The notes below the pieces were generated by a model that had not been told where the DNA came from, did not search any database, and was given only the letters and a program-made list of their open reading frames with translations. A program made the position numbers and the translations under genes. Of a stretch of 64,000 nt of DNA, positions 20,082-29,855 are shown one piece after another. The stretch spans positions 195,159 to 259,158 of the forward strand of contig CAZIYS010000001.1 in NCBI GenBank assembly GCA_964543535.1. Direction: 5' to 3'. Numbering within the stretch: the stretch's first letter is position 1; every line of letters starts with the position of its first letter. Source of the stretch: an uncultured Gammaproteobacteria bacterium. GTDB taxonomy: Bacteria; Patescibacteriota; Microgenomatia; UBA1406; GWC2-37-13.

Positions 20082-20112
20082 ACCTATCTGTGACGGCCGT
20101 CTCAAATAGGTA
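20082..20112. repeat. GC-rich palindromic element family D, intergenic copy
   Basis: acctatctgtgacggccgtctcaaataggta matches 3770-3805. Confidence 0.8.
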
Positions 20113-20151
20113 AATAAAAATCATCAAAAAGAAATGTGTTTTCATCGCCTC

Positions 20152-20189
20152 TTGACAAGAAGAAGAAGAAGAAGAAGAAGAAGTAAAAT
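20152..20189 (+). promoter_or_regulatory. promoter-like TTGACA and TAAAAT hexamers separated by the (AAG)9 tract
   Basis: The spacer is 26 nt as sequenced. It would be 17 nt with three fewer repeat units. The -10 lies 7 nt from the ATG at 20197. Confidence 0.4.
20157..20183. repeat. (AAG)9 trinucleotide microsatellite
   Basis: Nine perfect AAG units counted directly in the sequence. Confidence 0.95.
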
Positions 20190-20196
20190 ATCAACC

Positions 20197-20553
20197 ATGA
20201 TAAATCAAGAAGTCAGGAAAGATCAATTCAATCATCTTAAAAAAAGGGCTTTGTTGGTTTTTTCGACTGCTCTTCGTGGCCCTTTACTTCTCATGTTAGG
20301 CTGTGGAACAACTGTCAAAGGGATTTCTGTTCATGACCATGGTGGTCAAAAGTGGACCAAAGGTTATTTATTACCAGAAACATTTGATGAATCAACCCAC
20401 GGAAAAATCAAAGATTGGAGAGAAGAGGGTGAAGAAGTTAATATTGATTTAAGAGGTAAAAATGGAAGTAAACCTATTCATCGTCATCCAAAACATATAG
20501 GAGACGGAGACTACGACGGATATTTGGGAGCTCAAGAATTCAAATTTGAGTGA
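20197..20553 (+). CDS. small putative lipoprotein, function unknown
   Basis: Lipobox-like LLMLGC after a hydrophobic segment. The alternative start at 20134 would add an N-terminal poly-Arg tract encoded by the microsatellite. Confidence 0.5.
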   Translation: MINQEVRKDQFNHLKKRALLVFSTALRGPLLLMLGCGTTVKGISVHDHGGQKWTKGYLLPETFDESTHGKIKDWREEGEEVNIDLRGKNGSKPIHRHPKHIGDGDYDGYLGAQEFKFE

Positions 20554-20562
20554 TTAAACCCT

Positions 20563-21621
20563 TTATATCTCCTCCACGTCATGAGGCATTGATTCGATTA
20601 GAGAACTCTGGGTAATCTGGATAAACTCGGCTTTTTGCCAAAGCTCTTTTGTATTTTTCGCTCCACAGTATGAAAAACCCGAGCGCACTCCGCCCAACAT
20701 CTGTCTAATTAATTCAGAAACCGTCCCTTGATAAGGGACAACTGCCTCGACCCCTTCAGCCGCATATTCTTTTAAATCCTTTTTTACTTTTATATCGTTT
20801 TTCTGTCGATCATGATTGGCCATAAGAGACGCCATTCCCCTGGTTAATTTAAATTTTCGGTTATTTTTAAAAAATGTCAGAGCCGGTGATTCGTCACAGC
20901 CGGCAAAAAGTGTTCCGATCATGACAGTTGAGGCGCCAACGGCCAGAGCTTTCACCATATCTCCGGAATTTCTGATTCCGCCGTCGGCAATAATCGGTAC
21001 ACCGTATTTTTTCGCGACCGTCGCACACTCAGAAATTGCCGTTAATTGAGGGACACCAGCTCCCGCCACAATTCTTGTGATACACAGGGCGCCAGGACCG
21101 ATTCCAACTTTAATTGCAGCGGCGCCACTTTTTATCAACTCTTCAGTCGCCTCAGCGGTTGCCACATTACCGGCAATAATATCAACTTTAGGAAATTTTT
21201 TCTTTAAATCTTTTAGAACTTTAATTAAATAAATCGAATGACCATGCGCAATATCAATAACAATGACATCAGCTCCCGCTTTAACCAATGCCTCTGTTCT
21301 TTTAATATAATCATCCTTTATCCCAACAGCCGCACCGACTAATAATTTTTCTTTTTTTACCGCCGCTACCATCTCTGCTTCTCTTGTTAGAGTGGCAAAT
21401 CGGTGAATAATACCGACACCGCCCTCACGCGCCAGAGCAATGGCCATTTCCGCTTCAGTTACCGTATCCATATTTGATGAGATAATTGGAATTTTTAATT
21501 TGATTTTTTTGGTTAAGTTAGTTGATAAATCAACCGAGGTCCGGGAAACCAAATTAGTTTTTTGCGGAATCAATAAAACATCATCAAAGGTCAAACCGAT
21601 GTCTTTTCTTATGTTTAGCAT
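20563..21621 (-). CDS. IMP dehydrogenase/GMP reductase family enzyme lacking the CBS subdomain
   Basis: GIGPGALCITR catalytic loop and ADGGIR. At 352 aa it has no CBS insertion. Confidence 0.8.
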   Translation of the reverse strand: MLNIRKDIGLTFDDVLLIPQKTNLVSRTSVDLSTNLTKKIKLKIPIISSNMDTVTEAEMAIALAREGGVGIIHRFATLTREAEMVAAVKKEKLLVGAAVGIKDDYIKRTEALVKAGADVIVIDIAHGHSIYLIKVLKDLKKKFPKVDIIAGNVATAEATEELIKSGAAAIKVGIGPGALCITRIVAGAGVPQLTAISECATVAKKYGVPIIADGGIRNSGDMVKALAVGASTVMIGTLFAGCDESPALTFFKNNRKFKLTRGMASLMANHDRQKNDIKVKKDLKEYAAEGVEAVVPYQGTVSELIRQMLGGVRSGFSYCGAKNTKELWQKAEFIQITQSSLIESMPHDVEEI

Positions 21622-21646
21622 ATAATCATTATAAAATTTATAATTT

Positions 21647-22927
<1,281 letters not shown>

Positions 22928-22960
22928 TCATTATTTAACCAAATTTGATAAAATTAGTCA

Positions 22961-23509
22961 ATGGCATTTTTTATAATCTTTATAGTTTTAATAATCATTA
23001 TAATTTTTATTTTTTCTTCGAAAAAATTTTCCCCCATTCCCTACTTTCCCTCCCAATCAGTTGATTTGTCAAAAATAATTAAGGCTCTAAATTTAAAAAA
23101 TAATCAAACTGTCATTGACCTGGGCGCCGGCGACGGAATTGTGATTTTCGAAGCGGCTAAATCGTCATATCAGCAAAAATTAAACACAAAGTTTGTTGCC
23201 GTAGAAATAAATCCTGTTTTAATTTTAATTCTCCACCTCCGCCGTCTATTTCACATTAATAAAAATAATATAAAAATTATCTACGGCGACATTTTTACAA
23301 TGGATTTTTCCCCCCTAACTCCTAACTCCTATCTCCTAACTTTTTATCTCTACATTTCCCCCTGGTTTCTCGAAAAAACAATCTCAAATATCAAAAATCA
23401 AATATCAAAGTTTTCTGTTATCTCGTATATGTATCCAATTAAATCGTTGACAAAGAAGAGCAAAGAAATAATTCAAGGGAAAAATCGTATTTTTGTTTAT
23501 AATAATTAG
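22961..23509 (+). CDS. membrane-anchored class I SAM-dependent methyltransferase
   Basis: N-terminal TM helix and VIDLGAGDGIV motif I. Confidence 0.6.
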   Translation: MAFFIIFIVLIIIIIFIFSSKKFSPIPYFPSQSVDLSKIIKALNLKNNQTVIDLGAGDGIVIFEAAKSSYQQKLNTKFVAVEINPVLILILHLRRLFHINKNNIKIIYGDIFTMDFSPLTPNSYLLTFYLYISPWFLEKTISNIKNQISKFSVISYMYPIKSLTKKSKEIIQGKNRIFVYNN

Positions 23510-23540
23510 CCTCATACAACTGACGCAGTTGTACAGGCTA
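23507..23540. repeat. palindromic element family I between convergent genes (bidirectional-terminator-like)
   Basis: tagcctcatacaactgacgcagttgtacaggcta. Related copy at 46714-46746. Confidence 0.7.
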
Positions 23541-24185
23541 TCTTGATATTATTTTCAAAATGTCGATCGGCTTATTGACAATATAGTCAACGCCATTTTT
23601 TTTCAACGCTTCAACCGTATTCAATCCCCAGGAAACACCAATCATTTTAATGCCGACTTTATGACAAGCTTCAACATCGCGGATCTCATCGCCAATATAA
23701 ATTACTTCCGATTTTTTTAAATTAAAATCTTTAAGAAATTTTTTCAAATAACCGGCTTTGCCAAAAAGATCTGTCTTTCCATGTACAAAATCAAAAATAT
23801 TGAGTTTGTTAAATTTTATAAACTTATCAATATTTTCTTTTCTGTTTGAAGAAATAATTACTAATTTGTATCCTTCTTTTTTTAAGTCAAAAAGAAACTT
23901 TTTTATTCCGGGAAATAGCTTGATTTTATCCATTTCTTTTTCTAATTCTACCTGCATATTTTTTATCATATTAACTACAAAAGGAAGTTTGAGCCAAGCT
24001 TTTTTAAAACTGCCGCTTAATAATTCCTGATAACTCTTTGATCTGATTTCATTGATTATCTGTTTATCGTTAAGATTGTCTATTTGCAGTAGTTTGGCCA
24101 TTTCCAAAAATTTTTGAAAACTAAAAGGAAGAGTATCGGCAATCGTTCCGTCAAAGTCAAAAATAACGAACTTAATTTTTTTCAT
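23538..24185 (-). CDS. HAD-family hydrolase (phosphoglycolate phosphatase-like)
   Basis: FDFDGTIADT motif I and a GD-x-x-x-D motif near the C-terminus. Confidence 0.75.
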   Translation of the reverse strand: MKKIKFVIFDFDGTIADTLPFSFQKFLEMAKLLQIDNLNDKQIINEIRSKSYQELLSGSFKKAWLKLPFVVNMIKNMQVELEKEMDKIKLFPGIKKFLFDLKKEGYKLVIISSNRKENIDKFIKFNKLNIFDFVHGKTDLFGKAGYLKKFLKDFNLKKSEVIYIGDEIRDVEACHKVGIKMIGVSWGLNTVEALKKNGVDYIVNKPIDILKIISR

Positions 24186-24208
24186 TAGAGATAAATTATA
24201 ATATATTT

Positions 24209-24790
24209 ATGGAAAAAATTATCTCTGTTGATTATTTTATTACTAACTTAATAAATAAATTTTTTCCTCATAATATTTTTTTCGATTATTTTTTCTCTTT
24301 TTTTTCCTTAAAAGGTAGCTCAATTTTAATCTGGTTGTTGGTGATTTTGTTGTCAGTGATTTTGGAAGAACGAAAAAATCCCGGTGTCAACAAAAAGGAC
24401 AAAAAGTTTATTATCTTGTTTTCTGTTTCTTTTTTACTGACTTTCCTTTTTAGTGACGTTGTTCTAAAAAATCTTTTTCATCGCCCCCGCCCACAATTAA
24501 TTTCTACAAATTTCAATTTATTTCAATTTATTTCTAACTCTTGCCCAACCGATCTCTCCTTCCCCTCCACTCATGCCGCCACCGCTTTCGCGGCAGCAAC
24601 AGTTTTGACTTTTTTTGACAAAAAACGCCGTTGGTTTTATTACACCGTCGCCGTTTTAATTTCCTTTTCAAGAATTTACCTTGGTTGTCATTATTTTTTG
24701 GATGTCATCGCCGGAGCAATAATCGGATATATCATCAGTCAACTACTTCTATTCGTCCACGATACATTCCCATCCCGCAGGAAAAGTTGA
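24209..24790 (+). CDS. PAP2-family phosphatase
   Basis: RPRP...PSTHAATAFAAA...SRIYLGCHYFLDV acid-phosphatase motifs. Confidence 0.75.
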   Translation: MEKIISVDYFITNLINKFFPHNIFFDYFFSFFSLKGSSILIWLLVILLSVILEERKNPGVNKKDKKFIILFSVSFLLTFLFSDVVLKNLFHRPRPQLISTNFNLFQFISNSCPTDLSFPSTHAATAFAAATVLTFFDKKRRWFYYTVAVLISFSRIYLGCHYFLDVIAGAIIGYIISQLLLFVHDTFPSRRKS

Positions 24791-26048
24791 TGAAACCGGA
24801 GTCTTTCGGAGTAAACTCAAAAATATTTTCGCCTTCGTTTAAAGCTTTTTGAATCCCAAGCGAAGGAACGACAAAATAACCCTGGCAGCCAAAGACATTT
24901 TTCCCGTCAACAATCCATTTAACAGGAATTCTCTTTTTAACAATAAAATAATTGGGAACATAACCGCCGCTAACCACTGCCATATTGATAATTTGCTTGC
25001 CGTTTTCTATCTTTACGTTTGAAGCAGTTCCCTTGTTAATTTGATTGAAACCTAAATTAATCCCATAAATGGAAAGAAAATTTGCCGTATAATATAAGCC
25101 TAAAATCAAAACTCCAACCGCCATCACTTTCATAAAGTATTGATAGATTGTACTTTTTAGCAAACCTCTCAAATTACCGATGAATAAAATGGCCGGCGCT
25201 GTCCCGAGGGCAAAAACCGCCATGGTTAAAGCGCTCTGCCAAGGAGATGCTAAACCCAAAGCATAGACTTGCGTCGCCTGGGTAAAGCCACAAGGAAGAA
25301 AGTATGTAATCAATCCTAACAAAAAAGCTGATTTATGGGGATCTTTAATTAAGCGATTCTCCAACTTTCTGAAAACATTGGAAGAAACACCATAAGGAAT
25401 AATGGCGGCAAAAGAAACAATCTTTAACATATCCAGACCCAGAAGAATCATAAATACGGCTGCTAATAAAGTTAAAACCGATCCGAATTTAAAGTTAATG
25501 ATAATGACGCTGCCGATTAAACCGGCGATGAATCCGAAAAATCCGTAGGAAATAATCCTTCCCGAACTAAAATAAATTGCCTGTTTTAAATTATTGGTTT
25601 TTCTGCCGATTGTTGATAAAAATAGCGCTCCTGAAGTTGCCATGCAGGTAGAGATAGACGCCACTAGACCTAAAAACAAAATGGTTAATAAATTCAAATT
25701 GCCGGTAATATTAATAGCCGGAATAATATTAATTTCTTTGGCAATTAAATAAATTAAGACTAAACCTGCCGTGATTAAAACCGCTTCAAAAATCTTTTTA
25801 CCCAAGGGTTCTTTGTCTTCAATATCATTGTGCCGTTCCGTTATCTCATAACCAAACGGTCGAATTTTTTTATTAATGATGTCTTGATCCAAATGACCGG
25901 TAAAATAAACTTCTGCCTCCTGTTTATTAAAATTAGACTTCACTTCAGTAACATTAGGTACTTCTTTAAATTTATCGGTAATTAAGATCTCGCAGGAAGG
26001 ACAGTGCATTCCTTTGATATGAATGGTTTTTTTACTTATTTTAGGCAT
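24735..26048 (-). CDS. fusion protein: HMA metal-binding domain, polytopic membrane domain, C-terminal cupredoxin-like domain
   Basis: N-terminal GMHCPSC, about 7 TM segments, and C-terminal FSCGMGMYRG resembling ORF 37279..37632. Confidence 0.7.
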   Translation of the reverse strand: MPKISKKTIHIKGMHCPSCEILITDKFKEVPNVTEVKSNFNKQEAEVYFTGHLDQDIINKKIRPFGYEITERHNDIEDKEPLGKKIFEAVLITAGLVLIYLIAKEINIIPAINITGNLNLLTILFLGLVASISTCMATSGALFLSTIGRKTNNLKQAIYFSSGRIISYGFFGFIAGLIGSVIIINFKFGSVLTLLAAVFMILLGLDMLKIVSFAAIIPYGVSSNVFRKLENRLIKDPHKSAFLLGLITYFLPCGFTQATQVYALGLASPWQSALTMAVFALGTAPAILFIGNLRGLLKSTIYQYFMKVMAVGVLILGLYYTANFLSIYGINLGFNQINKGTASNVKIENGKQIINMAVVSGGYVPNYFIVKKRIPVKWIVDGKNVFGCQGYFVVPSLGIQKALNEGENIFEFTPKDSGFINFSCGMGMYRGRIEVVD

Positions 26049-26107
26049 AAAGAAAATTAAACCATTTTAAAAAAGATTTTGCAAATGAAGATACTTTTTA
26101 TTGCCAA

Positions 26108-26284
26108 TCAACAATTTTTTCCATCTTTATAGCACTTCATGCATAATCTCTCATTGCTGCAACTATAATCAGGCAGTTGTTGAAAAAGTTTTTCTATAAT
26201 TACATTTTTAATATTATTACCAAAAAACAACATAATAAAAATAGCCAATAATAGTATTCCTCCAATAATTAATTTGATCTTCAT
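26108..26284 (-). CDS. 58-aa membrane-anchored Cys-rich peptide (not in the ORF track)
   Basis: My own translation: MKIKLIIGGILLLAIFIMLFF...YSCSNERLCMKCYKDGKNC. ATGA overlap with the stop of the CcdA gene. Confidence 0.4.
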   Translation of the reverse strand: MKIKLIIGGILLLAIFIMLFFGNNIKNVIIEKLFQQLPDYSCSNERLCMKCYKDGKNC

Positions 26285-26889
26285 ATGTATCCCTGTAAAG
26301 AGAAATAGATAAGATAGACTGCCGCTGCCAACATTAATACCCCGCCAATTCTTTGAACTAATGTCATATGTCTCATTAATTTAAATTGAAAAACTTTATC
26401 GGTTATGATTAAACCAAACACAAAAAACGGGGTAATAAAACCAATCCCGTAAAAAATAATCATAAAAATCCCGTTGACCAAACTTCTTTGAGCAATAATA
26501 AATGTCAAAAGTGAAGCCAGTTGCGGACCAATACAACCTAAAATAACTGCACCGTAAAGGAGTCCGTCAATAAAGGCATGTGAATGTTTGTTAGGCTCTT
26601 GTATGTGAGGTAGTTCTAATTTAATGGCGCCCAACATCCCCAATCCTGAAATTAAGGTAACAATACCGGCTATAAAATAAAGATAGCGATTAACAGAATT
26701 AGTAAAAACAATACCGGTCAGAGAAGCAACGATTCCTAAAGAAATAAAAACAAGAAGCATTCCAGAAAAAAAATAGATTACCCCAATCAATGATTTTTTT
26801 ATTTTACTGAGAATTACCGGCACCATGATAAAGGTACAGGGGCCAACGATTGAAAGAATACCTAAAATAAATGCATAGAGATAGTTCAT
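26281..26889 (-). CDS. ccdA: CcdA/DsbD-family thiol:disulfide transmembrane electron transporter
   Basis: Six TM segments with one Cys in each half (GPCTF and GCIGPQ). Confidence 0.7.
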   Translation of the reverse strand: MNYLYAFILGILSIVGPCTFIMVPVILSKIKKSLIGVIYFFSGMLLVFISLGIVASLTGIVFTNSVNRYLYFIAGIVTLISGLGMLGAIKLELPHIQEPNKHSHAFIDGLLYGAVILGCIGPQLASLLTFIIAQRSLVNGIFMIIFYGIGFITPFFVFGLIITDKVFQFKLMRHMTLVQRIGGVLMLAAAVYLIYFSLQGYI

Positions 26890-26919
26890 CTTTGTATTTT
26901 ATTGGAAATTAATTATTAT

Positions 26920-26948
26920 CCCTCGACTCGTTTTACTCGCTCGGGATG
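26920..26948. repeat. GC-rich palindromic element family C, intergenic copy
   Basis: ccctcgactcg-ttttac-tcgctcgggatg. Related inverted copy at 39036-39064. Confidence 0.75.
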
Positions 26949-26958
26949 AAGATTAGGT

Positions 26959-27561
26959 TTATTTAAATCTAATCTTCACTTTTTTCCCTTTAAGATTGTC
27001 TTCATTTGCAGGTTTAAGATCTTCGTTTTTAAGACAGTAACCGGTGACATCGCAAATTATTTTGGCCAAATTTTCCTTGGAGATATATCCATCAACCGTA
27101 TATTCTTTCGAGTCTTTTTTTGTAGAAAATACAAAACCAGGAGTAAGACTTAATTTATATTTTTGCATGATGTCATTACAACTTTCCCGGGTATATTTTT
27201 CCAGTTTGAAAGCCTGGCCCTCTTTTTGCAAAAGCTCGTCCAAATGCTGATCTTCCAATATGCACCAAAAACAGACCGGAGAGTAAAAATATTTTATCGT
27301 TAAGTCTGCGTCAGGATTTCCCGCTTGCTCATCCGGACATTTGGATTCAAGCTTAATTTTTTTCGTAAACTCAGGTTTTAACTGTTGCTTTTTTAATATT
27401 AATAATTGTTTTTGAGAAATAATTAATTTTTTTTTATTAAAATTTATTAAATTCCTTAAAGCAATATTGGCAAAAATAAACAAAAAAATAATTAGCAAAC
27501 CGATTACCAACAAAAAATATCGTTTTTCATCCTTTTCAATAACAATTTTAGGAAAACTCAT
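26959..27561 (-). CDS. membrane-anchored thioredoxin-like protein (CxxC)
   Basis: N-terminal TM helix. CFWC motif after a beta-strand-like YFYSPV. Confidence 0.55.
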   Translation of the reverse strand: MSFPKIVIEKDEKRYFLLVIGLLIIFLFIFANIALRNLINFNKKKLIISQKQLLILKKQQLKPEFTKKIKLESKCPDEQAGNPDADLTIKYFYSPVCFWCILEDQHLDELLQKEGQAFKLEKYTRESCNDIMQKYKLSLTPGFVFSTKKDSKEYTVDGYISKENLAKIICDVTGYCLKNEDLKPANEDNLKGKKVKIRFK

Positions 27562-27562
27562 A

Positions 27563-27790
27563 TTAACAACCTCCCACCTGTTGGGGAATATCTTTTAAAG
27601 CTGCCGGTAAATTTGATTTACCTACTGAAGTAGTAGTCCCATCCGCTTGTTTCTTACCAAGAAGGCTTGTTAATACCACTGTTTGGATTACGGAAATGAA
27701 GACTAAAATTGACAAAAGTCCTAAAACAAGCATGTTAATATTAAAGCGAAAAGTTATCTGTTTGTTTTGACGTTTTAATTCTTCTACCAT
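27563..27790 (-). CDS. 75-aa single-TM protein ending in QQVGGC
   Basis: Strong SD (aaggaggtg) 7 nt upstream. One TM helix. C-terminal Cys is the last residue. Confidence 0.5.
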   Translation of the reverse strand: MVEELKRQNKQITFRFNINMLVLGLLSILVFISVIQTVVLTSLLGKKQADGTTTSVGKSNLPAALKDIPQQVGGC

Positions 27791-27889
27791 TATTTCTCAC
27801 CTCCTTTAGAGATTGTTTGCGAACTTATAATAGTGAGCATTACAATCTCTTAAGTCCTTCCGTAGCTAATTGAGCGAAGGAGGACTCCA

Positions 27890-28510
27890 TCATTTTCCAT
27901 TTTCCAACTGTTGTAACATCGATTGCTCTATACTAACTATTGACAGCCGTTCGCTCATCCAGTCATTAACGGAAACTGATTTCGGATCAGTACCTTTCGA
28001 TTGTAAATACGTTGCCGCAATCGCATAGTGTTTTGGCCACCAGAAGCGGTACCATAAGAATAATTCTTCCTTAATTTTTTTGTCATCCCATCCTTGAGTA
28101 ATAAGATATTTTGCTAGTCCCATAGCCGCCTGGGCATGAAGACAGTCTTTAGTGTCAATGGGAGCATCGCAACAGGGGTGAGGCAATTTACCTAAACTTT
28201 CCAGTCTCTTTTTCTGATCGGCCGTTAAGCTGGAATCAGCAATTTCTTTTTCCATCTCAATCATTTGCTGACCGTTGGTCTCAACATATTTACTTAAAGT
28301 CACCGGTTCATCTTTCCATTTATATGGTCTGACTTCATCTTTATCAGTTGGGAGAATATCGGTTGATCCACTGTTAACGGATGCAGCTGATAAAGTAATT
28401 GCTCCGGAAGACAAAGCGTAGATTACCTGGGTCAAAAGAATTTGTTTAACGGCTGTTACCAAAATTGCAATAATTAAAAAACTTTTTATTAATTTTGACT
28501 TGAATATCAT
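27890..28510 (-). CDS. secreted Cys-rich protein, P-C-C-D...D-C-x-H family (paralog 1), unknown function
   Basis: Signal-anchor N-terminus. PHPCCDAPIDTKDCLHAQA aligns with RPCCDNSTAFPDCNHGMA of ORF 37634..38563. Confidence 0.6.
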   Translation of the reverse strand: MIFKSKLIKSFLIIAILVTAVKQILLTQVIYALSSGAITLSAASVNSGSTDILPTDKDEVRPYKWKDEPVTLSKYVETNGQQMIEMEKEIADSSLTADQKKRLESLGKLPHPCCDAPIDTKDCLHAQAAMGLAKYLITQGWDDKKIKEELFLWYRFWWPKHYAIAATYLQSKGTDPKSVSVNDWMSERLSIVSIEQSMLQQLENGK

Positions 28511-28532
28511 AAGAAGTAATTTTACTCAAATA

Positions 28533-28554
28533 TTTATGAAGATTTTATGAAGAG
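28533..28554 (-). promoter_or_regulatory. direct-repeat box (TCTTCAT-N4-TCTTCAT), candidate response-regulator site
   Basis: atgaaga at 28536 and 28547 (11-bp period), 11 nt upstream of a TAAAAT -10 for the gene starting at 28510. Confidence 0.5.
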
Positions 28555-28615
28555 AAAATATAAAAACGACCCACCTTTGAATGGTTATAATCATTTACCG
28601 TAACAAAATTGATAA

Positions 28616-28891
28616 TTACTTTTTTGCAAAATAATTATATAAATTGGCAAAAAGATAGCCGACTAACCAGGTGCCGATCGTTGACGTTGTTAGTCCCAGG
28701 ACGAATGAACCTAATGACAGATTTAATTCAGAAATTTGGGTTAATTGAATACCATGGAACCACGACTGGGCAATCGTCATTGCCAGATCTGGGAAAAGAG
28801 CAACTCCTACACGACAAACAATATAAACTATGGCGACGGTTACTGCCGCCGCATTGGCTGTGGCTTTTGGATCATGTTTCATATTTTTCAC
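28616..28891 (-). CDS. small membrane protein, unknown function
   Basis: 91 aa with two hydrophobic helices and an SD-like aaggaggtg upstream. The plus-strand ORF 28609..28911 is judged to be an antisense artefact. Confidence 0.5.
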   Translation of the reverse strand: MKNMKHDPKATANAAAVTVAIVYIVCRVGVALFPDLAMTIAQSWFHGIQLTQISELNLSLGSFVLGLTTSTIGTWLVGYLFANLYNYFAKK

Positions 28892-28911
28892 CTCCTTTCA
28901 TATATTTATAA

Positions 28912-29391
28912 TTATAACTCCCATTTCAACTTCCTCTGCGAAACACCGCCAACATCTTTGATGATTAACTCAACGAACTTTGTTTCTGATAAGACTGTAT
29001 TAAAAGTCAAGGTTCCCTCTCGATGATGGCCGCCTGGAACAGTGCCTTTCCAATTCGAATTAGAGTAGATATTGCTTTTGTCATCAACAAATGAACTTAT
29101 CTGAGCTACATCAAATGCTAAATCCACCGAGTGAGTCTCAAATACAATGTTAAAACTTGGTTTTTCCCCGATTTTCAAAACTTTTGGCTTAACTTTTACT
29201 GTAACATTGCCGCCTTCATTTTCCTGAGAATTTAGATTTTCTTCCTGCTTACTAACACTGCTAACAGCTTTAATCCCGGCAGATTTTTTATCGGTTTTTT
29301 TGACGGCATTAATTCCCAAAAATAAAACTACGAAGACTAAAATTATTAGTAAAAAATTATTGATTTTTGACATGGGTTTTGATCTTAGCAA
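28912..29391 (-). CDS. membrane-anchored secreted protein with GGHH motif, unknown function
   Basis: N-terminal TM helix, beta-rich ectodomain, GTVPGGHHREG. Confidence 0.5.
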   Translation of the reverse strand: MLRSKPMSKINNFLLIILVFVVLFLGINAVKKTDKKSAGIKAVSSVSKQEENLNSQENEGGNVTVKVKPKVLKIGEKPSFNIVFETHSVDLAFDVAQISSFVDDKSNIYSNSNWKGTVPGGHHREGTLTFNTVLSETKFVELIIKDVGGVSQRKLKWEL

Positions 29392-29806
29392 TTGTTTTTA
29401 ACATATATAAAATCCCCAATAAGTTCATCGATATTCCGAAAATGATGATGGGAATTTGATATCTCGTCAGAAATATGGCAAAGCCTGATAGACCGATTAT
29501 GGGCAGAACTTCGCTTAGGTGATGTGCACAGCAGGCAATCATTGAGGCAGATGAAGTACCTGTAGAAGCGGCCGTGACGGCTCCGGCTTGATTTGTGACT
29601 GGCGAATGACTGATTAGCCTCTTCAACCGTGTAAATAAACCAATCTGAACTCCAAATCCTAAGGACAAAGTTATCATCCAATACCAGAGTTCTTTAAATT
29701 GGAAAATGGTGGCTGACCAACTTCTTGAAGCAAATGTCATCACTAAAAAATAAAAAAACAGCAGTCCGAAAAACCCGGCTAACCCGCTTAAAATTTCTTT
29801 TTTCAT
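29357..29806 (-). CDS. 4-TM membrane protein with intramembrane C-C-A-H-H motif
   Basis: SASMIACCAHHLSEVLP lies within a hydrophobic segment. Confidence 0.55.
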   Translation of the reverse strand: MKKEILSGLAGFFGLLFFYFLVMTFASRSWSATIFQFKELWYWMITLSLGFGVQIGLFTRLKRLISHSPVTNQAGAVTAASTGTSSASMIACCAHHLSEVLPIIGLSGFAIFLTRYQIPIIIFGISMNLLGILYMLKTIAKIKTHVKNQ

Positions 29807-29818
29807 AATCTTAATTAT

Positions 29819-29847
29819 ATGAAGACATTATTAAGAATTTATGAAGA
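29819..29847 (-). promoter_or_regulatory. triple direct-repeat box, candidate response-regulator site
   Basis: atgaaga (29819), attaaga (29830), atgaaga (29841): exact 11-bp period. The box abuts a TATAAT that lies 7 nt before the ATG at 29806. Confidence 0.55.
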
Positions 29848-29855
29848 ATGGAAGA

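Noticed and set aside
20134-20196. Upstream start giving MCFHRLLTRRRRRRRRSK...
   Set aside because: The poly-Arg tract is simply the (AAG)9 repeat read in frame. The ATG at 20197 sits at leaderless distance from a -10 box. The upstream start cannot be excluded, so it is mentioned in the finding.
26049-26107. A sixth response-regulator box upstream of the HMA-fusion gene
   Set aside because: Only one good heptamer (atgaaga at 26086) is present, with no partner at 11-bp spacing. That is not enough to call.
28609-28911. 100-aa plus-strand ORF overlapping the 91-aa minus-strand gene
   Set aside because: It has no SD or promoter and a low-complexity product. The minus-strand ORF has a strong SD and a clear two-helix membrane profile, so this is an antisense shadow.
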